Source: Actinomycetota bacterium
Lineage (GTDB): Bacteria; Actinomycetota; Acidimicrobiia; Acidimicrobiales; Poriferisodalaceae
Assembly: GCA_039197885.1 (NCBI GenBank)
Contig: JBCCTY010000001.1
Span: forward strand, 1,088-65,087
Length of the DNA: 64,000 nt
Reading direction: 5' to 3'
In this document: positions 11,246 through 18,843 of the stretch, piece after piece
Numbering within the stretch: position 1 is the stretch's first letter
How the letters are laid out: every line of letters starts with the position of its first letter
The notes under the pieces: generated by a model
What the model was told of the DNA's origin: nothing
Seen by the model: the letters and a program-made list of their open reading frames with translations, nothing else
Databases searched by the model: none
Translations under genes and position numbers: made by a program

Positions 11246-11503
11246 TCAGGCTGCCGTGTTGGCGTGGCCGTTCGTTCGGGCCTTCGGCTCGTTCTTGCCC
11301 ATCGCGGCGTTGAACCGGAGGGCGCGCTGCATCTCGGCCTCGGAGAGGGGATCGTCGGCGTCGGTCTTCTCGATGCCGAGCTGAATCAGGTCGGCGATCG
11401 CGGCGCCCTGAGTCGGGTAGCGCACGCCGACGAGTTCGTCGATGCGCTTTCGCAGGTCGTCCGAGAGGAGGAACTGGATCTGGTGCGGGTCGTTCGAGGC
11501 CAT
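11246..11503 (-). CDS. small DNA-binding-like protein (ribbon-helix-helix-like N-terminus)
   Basis: 85 aa from ATG 11503. IQFLLSDDLRKRIDEL fits an RHH strand-helix start. First gene of the four-gene operon. Confidence 0.45.
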   Translation of the reverse strand: MASNDPHQIQFLLSDDLRKRIDELVGVRYPTQGAAIADLIQLGIEKTDADDPLSEAEMQRALRFNAAMGKNEPKARTNGHANTAA

Positions 11504-11522
11504 GACGAGACGGCTCCCTATG

Positions 11523-11642
11523 TCATCGGTTGGAGTACCGATGACGGTGGCACATCTCCAATTCGGGGTCAAGCATGGTCGGTCATGGTCGACCCTGGAG
11601 CGGTCCGATACCGTCCTGGGCGCATCGGTTGGAGCTGATGCG
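11523..11642. promoter_or_regulatory. two related palindromic sites sharing the 12-mer CATCGGTTGGAG (candidate operators)
   Basis: TCATCGGT-TGGAGT-ACCGATGA at 11523-11544 and GCATCGGTTGGAGCTGATGC at 11622-11641. Both lie in the 190-bp divergent intergenic region. Confidence 0.45.
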
Positions 11643-11693
11643 GGGACCGCCCCGGGCCTTCGGGTCCGGGGCCCCTCGCGTCGGGCGTGGGAG

Positions 11694-11930
11694 GTGGGCG
11701 TGGAAGACGAAGACGACGGCGGCACCTGGGACGGTGCACCCGTGTGGCTGTTCCTGCTGGCCGGGTTCATGAGCCTCGCTGCGGTGATCGCCGTCAGCGC
11801 TCCGCTCAACGAGGGTCTCGACCTCGACTTCACCCAACAGGTCGTGCTCCGTGGCGAGTTCGCTGGCCCGTGGCTCATCTCGGCCTCGGTCCTGTGGGCT
11901 GCCGTGGCGCTCTGGCGGCCACGCACCTGA
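11694..11930 (+). CDS. small membrane protein (two hydrophobic segments), plus-strand moron
   Basis: GTG 11694 or 11700 after GGGAGG, high GC3, hydrophobic segments VWLFLLAGFMSLAAVIAV and WLISASVLWAAVAL. Followed by a strong hairpin. Confidence 0.5.
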   Translation: MGVEDEDDGGTWDGAPVWLFLLAGFMSLAAVIAVSAPLNEGLDLDFTQQVVLRGEFAGPWLISASVLWAAVALWRPRT

Positions 11931-11945
11931 CCCCGGACGCGACAA

Positions 11946-11973
11946 CGCCCCCCGGCCCAGAGGCCGAGGGGCG
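11946..11973. terminator. bidirectional stem-loop CGCCCC-C-CGGCC-CAGA-GGCCG-A-GGGGCG
   Basis: 11 bp of stem with one mismatch, lying between convergent stops at 11930 and 12007. Confidence 0.55.
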
Positions 11974-12006
11974 AAGTGGCGAGGCTATCGAGGGTTGACT
12001 GCCGGG

Positions 12007-12936
12007 TCAGGCGGCCAGCGCCAGTCCGTCGGGGTCGGTGTTGCCTTCGATCAGGAGCCCGGGCCCGCGGTCGAGCCGACCCCAGTCCGGACAGGTGTTG
12101 CCCGAGACGACGTTGTCGACGATGCGCCCGGTCGGCGCCGGCCACGACGCCCCGCTCTGGATGTTGACGTAGAGCGCGAGGCACGTCGAGGTGATGAGCC
12201 GGTTCTGCTCGACGACGATGTTGGTGAGCGGGGCCCGGTCGGCGGACTGCTTCATGGCCGAGGTCTGGCCGCCCGTGTCGTGCACGAGCTGGTTGCGGCG
12301 GATCACGATGTCGTTGCCACCGGTGCCCTGCACCGCGTCGTTGTGCGAGCTCCCGACCCGGCGGAGGTCCCCGATCCAGCTGTCTTCGATGAGGACTCGG
12401 GCGTTGGCCTTCGCGCCGTCGATGCACCCGGAGATGAGGACCCGGCGCAGGGTGTAGTCGGAGCGGCCGACGCAGCCCTGGGTGGCGTCGCCGGTGCCGA
12501 AGATTGTCGAATCTTCGATTCGTAAGCCGGTGCAGCCGTCGCACTCGACGACGAGGCGGCGGTTCCCTTCGATCTGGGAGCGGGTGATGGTGACGTTGTC
12601 GGCGCGGACGATGAGCCCGCCGACGATGCGGCGCCCGTCGAGCACGGTGCCGTCGACGTCGACCACGGTGGCCTGCTGCTGGGCGAGCAGGAGCCCGTCG
12701 GGCACGCCGACCTCGTCGCGCTCGGGCCACGGGGTCGGGTCCGACGGGGTCGTGGTGGGCGGAACTTGGGTTGTGGTGGTCGGAGTCCAAGGCTCGGTGG
12801 TGGGACTTGGAACCGTGGTCGTGGGTGGCCCGGACGCGACTTCGCCCTCGCCCCCGACCCGGACCCCAAGGGTCAGGCCGACGACGAGGGCGACGATCAC
12901 GCTGGCGAGCCACCCGATTCGGGTGGCTGCGGTCAT
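12007..12936 (-). CDS. membrane-anchored right-handed beta-helix-like protein with Pro/Thr linker
   Basis: N-terminal TM IGWLASVIVALVVGLTLGV, a PTTT-rich linker, then repetitive N/G/D-rich segments (NVTITRSQIEGN, LRIEDSTIFG, VLIEDSWIG, IVIRRNQL, IVVEQNRL). ATGA overlap with the upstream gene. Confidence 0.6.
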   Translation of the reverse strand: MTAATRIGWLASVIVALVVGLTLGVRVGGEGEVASGPPTTTVPSPTTEPWTPTTTTQVPPTTTPSDPTPWPERDEVGVPDGLLLAQQQATVVDVDGTVLDGRRIVGGLIVRADNVTITRSQIEGNRRLVVECDGCTGLRIEDSTIFGTGDATQGCVGRSDYTLRRVLISGCIDGAKANARVLIEDSWIGDLRRVGSSHNDAVQGTGGNDIVIRRNQLVHDTGGQTSAMKQSADRAPLTNIVVEQNRLITSTCLALYVNIQSGASWPAPTGRIVDNVVSGNTCPDWGRLDRGPGLLIEGNTDPDGLALAA

Positions 12937-13238
12937 GAGTGGTTGCACCACCCTCGACCGCATGACCCGATGCCGGCGTAGCACGTGGCGACCTCATCGA
13001 CGTCGGCCACGGCACCCTGACGATGCCAGTCGTCCGGCATGTCGCACTGGTCCATCTCGACGCTCAGGGTGTACGACTCCAGAGCTTGCTCGGCGGCCAT
13101 CCGCTGGAGCTCGACGAACCGGTGCTTCGTCATCGGCGGCATCAGGGCGTTGTCGCAGATGTCGTCGTGCTCCGGGCCGCCCTGCTCGCACCACTCCGGC
13201 GCACAGGCGCGTTGCGCGGTCTCGACAACCGACATCAC
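12933..13238 (-). CDS. Cys-rich hypothetical protein (8 Cys)
   Basis: 101-aa ORF translationally coupled on both sides within the lysis cassette. Confidence 0.5.
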   Translation of the reverse strand: MMSVVETAQRACAPEWCEQGGPEHDDICDNALMPPMTKHRFVELQRMAAEQALESYTLSVEMDQCDMPDDWHRQGAVADVDEVATCYAGIGSCGRGWCNHS

Positions 13239-13423
13239 GCCATCTCAGGCGTCGAGGTGTTCGGCGTGGCCCACACGAGCAGCGCGGTGGCCGCCGAGGC
13301 GACGAGGCCGTCGGCGTAGACCGAGAGCTCGGCCACGGCGTCGGTGATCGCGAGGGACAGGATCGGGGTCACGACGGCGACGATGGCCTTCGCGATGGTG
13401 GTGAGGCGCTGGATCGGGGTCAC
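13235..13423 (-). CDS. holin-like small membrane protein
   Basis: 62 aa with two hydrophobic segments. AGGAG RBS. Positioned after the endolysin. Confidence 0.55.
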   Translation of the reverse strand: MTPIQRLTTIAKAIVAVVTPILSLAITDAVAELSVYADGLVASAATALLVWATPNTSTPEMA

Positions 13424-13442
13424 GGGGTCTCCTTGGGGTGGG

Positions 13443-13748
13443 TCAGTCGTGGTCGATGAGGCGGTCGACGATCGATCGCACGGAGATGCGGATGTCGTCG
13501 ACGGTGTCTTGGATCCCGGAGATGGCGGTCTCCTGTGCGACCTGGCGGAGCTCCATCCGGGTCTGCCGCTCGTCCATCCGGGTCTGTCGTTCCTCGATGC
13601 GCTGGGCTCGCTCGACGAGACGGGGCTCGCCGGCGGGCGCCTGGTTGGTGGCCCGGTTGGCGCCCTTGGCGTGTCGGAACGTCGCGACCGCAGCGATGGT
13701 CGGAGGAGTCGCTCCGATGAGTGCGACGAGGAGGACGTCGAGGTTCAC
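13443..13748 (-). CDS. lysis-cassette membrane protein (N-terminal TM plus coiled coil)
   Basis: N-terminal TM LLVALIGATPPTIAAVATF, then ERQTRMDERQTRME heptad-like repeats. GTGA overlap with the amidase stop. Confidence 0.5.
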   Translation of the reverse strand: MNLDVLLVALIGATPPTIAAVATFRHAKGANRATNQAPAGEPRLVERAQRIEERQTRMDERQTRMELRQVAQETAISGIQDTVDDIRISVRSIVDRLIDHD

Positions 13749-14632
13749 GTGGCGAGTCGGCCGGACACGTTGACCCGGGTCTTGTCGAGCTCCTGGCGCA
13801 CGATCGCGCGGATCTGAGCATCGCTGGCCCCACCACCCTCGCCGTTCGGGATGGCCTGGAGGACTCGCTGGACGATCTCGGCGATCAGGTCGGCCTGGCC
13901 GGCGAGGAGGGCGTCGACCTTGCCGTTCATCGACAGGATCGGCGTGGCGAGATCGTGCACGGCCACACCAGAGCGCTCGTGGGGCCCGCGCTCGACCCAG
14001 CCGACCAACGTCTCGTGGATGTCGATGAGCATGCGCTTCTCTTCGGGGGTCATCTCGTCCTCCAGGTAGAGGGTGAACGGGGGTTGGAGGCGGCCGAGCT
14101 CGGCGTAGAGCTGCGTGCCGGGGCAGGCCGTGGCCTTGGTGTCTCGGTGCCCGATCGTCGGGCGCGCGCCGATCGGGTCGTCGAGCAGCGAGCCGACCCA
14201 GCGGTAGGCCGAGGCGACGCCCGGGGTGACCGGGTCGTGGATGGTGTTGCCGGCGTAGGCCACGCCGTAGCGGGTGCTGTTGAACCCCTCGGTGTGGGCA
14301 CCGGTGCGACCGAGCCCGCGACCCTCGGCGACGACGGCGTGGTTCGGATCGTCGGTGCGGAACACGACGAAGCTGTACGGCACCTCGGGGCCGAGATCAG
14401 CGGCCCGCACCCGGGTGAGGTTCCGCATGAAGCGGCCGATGTCGTCGAGGTCGCCGTGGGTGATCCCGTCGCGGTCCCAGTCCTGGACGACCGAGACGGT
14501 GTGGTGGGCGACGATTCCCACGAACCTGGATGTCGGCACCACGTGCCCGCGTACCGGGACGGCGCCGAGGCCGACGTCGGTGCGGTCGAGGTAGGTGACT
14601 CGGGTGCCGTCGGCGAGGAGCTGCTCGAGCAT
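13745..14632 (-). CDS. N-acetylmuramoyl-L-alanine amidase endolysin (PGRP/Amidase_2 type)
   Basis: IVAHHTV, AEGRGLGRTGAHTEGFNSTRYGVAYAGN and GHRDTKATACPG motifs. Lies directly downstream of the tail genes. Confidence 0.8.
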   Translation of the reverse strand: MLEQLLADGTRVTYLDRTDVGLGAVPVRGHVVPTSRFVGIVAHHTVSVVQDWDRDGITHGDLDDIGRFMRNLTRVRAADLGPEVPYSFVVFRTDDPNHAVVAEGRGLGRTGAHTEGFNSTRYGVAYAGNTIHDPVTPGVASAYRWVGSLLDDPIGARPTIGHRDTKATACPGTQLYAELGRLQPPFTLYLEDEMTPEEKRMLIDIHETLVGWVERGPHERSGVAVHDLATPILSMNGKVDALLAGQADLIAEIVQRVLQAIPNGEGGGASDAQIRAIVRQELDKTRVNVSGRLAT

Positions 14633-14645
14633 CAGCCGGCGCCGA

Positions 14646-15224
14646 TCAGGCGGCGAGGAAGTCCAGCGCCCCGGCGGCGATCTGGTAGGTCCCGCCGGAG
14701 GGGAACGGGTTCGGGATGGCGTCCTGGACGTAGACGACGCCGTCAGCCGAGATGGTCACCGCGGCGCCGCCCTCGGTCAGGGAGACCTGGAAGGTGTCGG
14801 TGGTGGCCGACACGACGTAGTAGAAGGTCTCGGCTGCGAGCCCGGTGGGGAGGCCCTCGCCGTTGTGCTCTTCGACGATGACCCGGTCGTTGTCGCTGAG
14901 CCCGTGGGCGGGGAGGGTGATGAGGTCACCGGTGTTCTCGACGAGCGCGGGCCGCTTGAACGTCGACCCGGCCGGCGTCTTGGAGTGCTGGGTGCCACCG
15001 CTGAGGGCGGTGTAGCCGGCGACCCAGAACACGGTGCCACCGGCGGTGACGGTGATGTCCTCGGCGTTGGTGTTGTCGCCGATGCGGGAGGCGGCGGCGT
15101 CCCACTCGACGGCGACACGGGCCGAGGCGACCGAGGTGTCGGAGTCGTCGAGCAGGTCGAGGTGGGTGATGAGCCCGGTGACCGCGTCGACGGCGGCGTT
15201 CTTGGCTGCGACGGAGGTGGACAT
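14646..15224 (-). CDS. tail-fibre-associated hypothetical protein
   Basis: 192-aa ORF with an AGGAG RBS at the distal end of the tail module. Confidence 0.45.
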   Translation of the reverse strand: MSTSVAAKNAAVDAVTGLITHLDLLDDSDTSVASARVAVEWDAAASRIGDNTNAEDITVTAGGTVFWVAGYTALSGGTQHSKTPAGSTFKRPALVENTGDLITLPAHGLSDNDRVIVEEHNGEGLPTGLAAETFYYVVSATTDTFQVSLTEGGAAVTISADGVVYVQDAIPNPFPSGGTYQIAAGALDFLAA

Positions 15225-15239
15225 GGTGGTGCTCCTGGG

Positions 15240-15578
15240 TCAGGGGGTGTGGGCGGTGCCTCGCACCCGCACGGTGAGGCGCTGGTCCTTCTTGCGGGCC
15301 GGGCTACGGGTGTCGTGGACGCGGCAGATGACGATCCACTCGCCTTCGACGTCAGGGGCGTCGATGTACGCGGTGACGGTGGTGTCGTCGTTCGTGATGT
15401 TCGAGATGGTCGGGCCGCCGGCCTGGCCGCCCTCCAGGAACACCTGGATGCTGGCAGGGTCGATGGTCTGGCCGTCCTCGAGCCAGGGCCCTCCTTCGGT
15501 GGTGGCCCCGTTGGCGTCCCAGGTCCAGTAGTCACCGTCGTCGGGGTCGAGGTCCATGACGTTGCTCGTGGCCATCAC
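15240..15578 (-). CDS. hypothetical tail-module protein
   Basis: 112-aa ORF overlapping the stop of the repeat-containing fibre gene. Confidence 0.45.
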   Translation of the reverse strand: MMATSNVMDLDPDDGDYWTWDANGATTEGGPWLEDGQTIDPASIQVFLEGGQAGGPTISNITNDDTTVTAYIDAPDVEGEWIVICRVHDTRSPARKKDQRLTVRVRGTAHTP

Positions 15579-17107
15579 GACTCCTTCGGGATGACGGTGC
15601 GGCGCACCTGTCCTGGGATGACCGAGACGCGGATTTGCGCAGGGATCACAGTCGTTCGATGCGCGGGGGCTCGGTGGTGCGGGTCGGGTTCGCTCCCGAC
15701 GACGAGCTCGGCGAGGCAGATCAGCTCGAGGAGGTTCCCGCTGGCGGACTTCGTGGCCGACACGACCTCGGAGACGGCGACGGCTTCGACTGCGGCGCCG
15801 GTGGCGATCTTGGTGCCGGCGACGAGGTCGGCGGCCAGGACGACGTGCACACCGCTGCCTGTCGCGGTGCGGGTCGCGGTGCCGAGCCCTGCGATCGGGA
15901 CGCCTTCGAGTCCACCGCCACCGGCGATCTTGGTGCCGGCGACGAGTTCGGCAAGGTCGATCAGTTCGAACCCTCCGCCGAGCACGACCCCGTCGGGCAC
16001 GTCGATCCCGGTGACCAGATCCCGGAGTGAGATGACCTCGACACCAGCACCTGAAGCGAGGCGCAGCGCGGCGACGAGCTCGGCGACTGCGACGGCTTCC
16101 AGGGCGGCCCCGGTGGCGAGCTTGCTGCCGGTGCCGATGCCGGAGAGAGCGAGGGTCTCTTGGCCTCCGCCGAGGGCGATGCGGAGTCCCGCGGCGAGCT
16201 CCGCGGCGGTGACGATCTCGATGCCCGCCCCGGCGGTGGTCTTCGTTCCCTGGGCGAGGTCGGTGTCCGTGAGTGCTTCCAGGCCAGCCCCGGCGGCGAG
16301 CTTCGCTGCGCCGACGAGCTCGATCGCGCTGAGCTGTTCGACGCCGGCACCGGTCGCGACCTTGGTTGCGGTGGCGAGGTCCGATGCGGTGAGGGCTTCG
16401 AAGCCGCCTCCGGCGACGACGACCCCGCCGGCCGAGATCTCCTTCACGAGGATCTGGACGGCCTGGTAGTTCTCCGTCGAGCTGATCGTCGCGGTGGCGT
16501 CGGCCTGCGCACCGGCGGCCGTGACAGCGCGACGGACGATGAGCCCGCCGGGGCGGATGTTGCCGTTGCTCTGGATGACCCGGGTCCAGCCGGCTGGGTC
16601 GGTGAAGGTCACGGCCGGGTTGTTGGGGTCGGTGCCGTAGACCGCGAACAGCCAGTCGTCGACCGCTGCAGCGGGGGTCGCGTTGTACCCGGGGGCGGTG
16701 ATCGAGGTGCCGTTGCCGGTGCCGATGGTCCCGGCGGTGATGGAGTCGATGCCCTCGGTGGAGCGGAACGTGACGAGCTGGAAGACGCCGAGGCTGATCT
16801 GGCCGTCGTTGCTGCGTCGCAGCCGCACCTGGCCCTGTGCGATGTCGGCGGCCGTGAGCTGGCGGACCGCGACGTAGATCGAGGTCTGGAGACCGGCGAA
16901 GTTGGCGACGAGCATGTCGCCGACGGCGATGATGTCGCCCGCGCCGTCCTCCATCTCGAACTGGGCGTTGTTGATCCCGCCGCTCGAGCAGGTGTAGTGG
17001 GCGAGCAGCCAGTCCCCAGCGACGGGCGATCCGGGGATCGTCTCGGTGTTCGAGATCGGGCCGCCACCGAAGACGTTGGCAGCGGTCCCGAGGACCGAGA
17101 GGGTCAC
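15575..17107 (-). CDS. tail fibre protein with 12 tandem 20-aa repeats
   Basis: GTG 17107 overlaps the upstream stop (GTGA). The C-terminal half carries G-x-G-h-E-x-h-x-x-x-[DE]-L-x-x-[GA]-x-K-h-A-x repeats. Confidence 0.65.
   Translation of the reverse strand: MTLSVLGTAANVFGGGPISNTETIPGSPVAGDWLLAHYTCSSGGINNAQFEMEDGAGDIIAVGDMLVANFAGLQTSIYVAVRQLTAADIAQGQVRLRRSNDGQISLGVFQLVTFRSTEGIDSITAGTIGTGNGTSITAPGYNATPAAAVDDWLFAVYGTDPNNPAVTFTDPAGWTRVIQSNGNIRPGGLIVRRAVTAAGAQADATATISSTENYQAVQILVKEISAGGVVVAGGGFEALTASDLATATKVATGAGVEQLSAIELVGAAKLAAGAGLEALTDTDLAQGTKTTAGAGIEIVTAAELAAGLRIALGGGQETLALSGIGTGSKLATGAALEAVAVAELVAALRLASGAGVEVISLRDLVTGIDVPDGVVLGGGFELIDLAELVAGTKIAGGGGLEGVPIAGLGTATRTATGSGVHVVLAADLVAGTKIATGAAVEAVAVSEVVSATKSASGNLLELICLAELVVGSEPDPHHRAPAHRTTVIPAQIRVSVIPGQVRRTVIPKES
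15680..16411 (-). repeat. 60-bp-period coding tandem repeat (12 units, one of 24 aa)
   Basis: Read from the translation GGGFEALTASDLATATKVAT / GAGVEQLSAIELVGAAKLAA / ... / GNLLELICLAELVVGSEPDP. Confidence 0.8.
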
Positions 17108-18825
17108 GGCGTGCAGACCGTCCCGTCGACGACCCACACGCTCGACGGGTGCACGGTGTCGGTGAACTCGGGGCAGTCCGTCCAGCCGGTGACGACGATG
17201 TCGTCGGGCTGGTTCGAGCCGCCGGCCACGAGCGGACGGTCGACGTCGACGAAGGTCGGGTCGGTGATGAAGGTCGGGCCGAGCGGGGAGAGCTGGTGTC
17301 GGGTGGTGACGATGCCCTGCGGGGAGCTCTCGACGTGGACGTCGACGAACCGCTGACCCGAGGTGTCCTGGCTGACCGAGTGGATCAGGAGTCCGCCGAT
17401 GCCGTTCTCGATCAGACGGAGCCCGGAGTACTCGTACTGGTTGCGGTATGCGCCGTGGCTCGCACCGAATCCGCCGTTGCGGACCGCGGTGAAGTCGGAG
17501 ATCACGTGGTTCGGGGACGACGTGTTCTGCCAGGTGAAGATCCCGTGGCGGGCGTTGTTGTGCGCCAGGTTCCCCTCGAAGACCCAGACCCCGGACTCGC
17601 CGACGGCTTCACCCTCGGACCACATGAAGCCGCTCGAGTCCTTCCGGCCGGCGGTGCCGACGGCGACCGAGTCGCGGATCTCGTTGTCGAAGCCGCGGTT
17701 GAGTTCGTAGGCGGCGAGGCGGAAGTCGTTGCGGTCGACCAGCTTCCGGGTGCCGGAGACGACCATGCGCTCGACGACGGTGCGGTTCGTGGAGTTGATC
17801 TCGTTGCCGCGTGGCCGGTTGACGGCTCGGTCCCACCAGAACCCTGGACCTCGGGTGTCGTGAACGACGGTGTCGGTCCAGGTGGTGCCGTGGGAACCGT
17901 GGGGCACGACCCCTCGGTTCTCGCTGCCGAGCACGAGCAGGCGGGAGAACGTGGAGCCGTCGCTGGTGTCGCCCTGCAGGTGCAGGTGCAGCGGGTACCG
18001 GCCGGTCACCCCGGGCACGCCGAGACCGACGAGGCCGGCGTCGGCGAGGTGCTGCACGCCGGCCGACGGGTGCACGGTCACGTAGCCGTTCTCGCCGCGA
18101 ATCTCGATGTTGCGGGTGAGATTCAGGACCTCGGTGCCAGCACCGTCGATCAGCGGGCGGTCGTCGACGAGAGGCTGGTCGAGCGTGATTGTCGTGCCGT
18201 CGATCGCTGCGATCGTGGCGTCCTGCCCGTCGAAGTCGCCGGGCGCGGACGGGGCGATGTGGAGGCGATCGCCGATCTGCCAGCCGTCTGCCTGGACAAC
18301 CGAGAGGACAGAATCACCCCCCGATAGCGATTCAACGGTGCGTGACCAGGCGGTGCGGTCGGGACCGTCAAGGTCGAGCTCGCCGGGGCCCATGACGTGG
18401 AGGCCGCCGGGGTCGGTCATCATCCCGTCGTCACCGCCGACGAAGTTCGCGACGTCGATGCCGGCGAAGGCGAGGACGTGGCGTTCTTCGATGCTGGGGC
18501 GCATCTCGAGCTCGCCCATGACCTCGACCCGACCGGTGGCGTCACCACCAGCGGAAGCGTCGACCGTGAGTGTGGCGTCACCCTCCCAGCGGAGCGTGCC
18601 GCCAGGCTCGATGCGGATCGATCCGACGAGCCAGTCGCAGTCGACGACGACCTCGGAGATCACTACCGCCTGGTCAGCGGCACCGGGGACGTTCCCGCCG
18701 TCCCAGGTGTCGGTGTCGCACCAGGACCGTGACGGGGTAGACGTCTGCGTGGTGCTGAAGATCACCGCGGCGCCGAGGACGAAGCACACGAGCGCGAGCG
18801 CGACGATGAGGTGGAGACGGCGCAT
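17104..18825 (-). CDS. beta-helix (pectate-lyase-like) protein with N-terminal signal/anchor, embedded in the tail module
   Basis: N-terminus MRRLHLIVALALVCFVLGAAVIF, then WCDTDTWDGGNVPGAADQAVV (G8-domain-like). Later NNARHGIFTW and RNGGFGASHG repeats. GGAGG RBS. Confidence 0.6.
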   Translation of the reverse strand: MRRLHLIVALALVCFVLGAAVIFSTTQTSTPSRSWCDTDTWDGGNVPGAADQAVVISEVVVDCDWLVGSIRIEPGGTLRWEGDATLTVDASAGGDATGRVEVMGELEMRPSIEERHVLAFAGIDVANFVGGDDGMMTDPGGLHVMGPGELDLDGPDRTAWSRTVESLSGGDSVLSVVQADGWQIGDRLHIAPSAPGDFDGQDATIAAIDGTTITLDQPLVDDRPLIDGAGTEVLNLTRNIEIRGENGYVTVHPSAGVQHLADAGLVGLGVPGVTGRYPLHLHLQGDTSDGSTFSRLLVLGSENRGVVPHGSHGTTWTDTVVHDTRGPGFWWDRAVNRPRGNEINSTNRTVVERMVVSGTRKLVDRNDFRLAAYELNRGFDNEIRDSVAVGTAGRKDSSGFMWSEGEAVGESGVWVFEGNLAHNNARHGIFTWQNTSSPNHVISDFTAVRNGGFGASHGAYRNQYEYSGLRLIENGIGGLLIHSVSQDTSGQRFVDVHVESSPQGIVTTRHQLSPLGPTFITDPTFVDVDRPLVAGGSNQPDDIVVTGWTDCPEFTDTVHPSSVWVVDGTVCTP

Positions 18826-18843
18826 TGGGACCTCCGGGGGGGG

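Noticed and set aside
15680-16411. Possible CRISPR-like regular repeats (60-bp period), and likewise the GGCGCGCA cluster at 38748-38930
   Set aside because: The 60-bp units are diverged in-frame coding repeats of a tail fibre with no spacer/repeat alternation. The 8-mers are too short and sit inside an ORF. No cas genes are present in the window.
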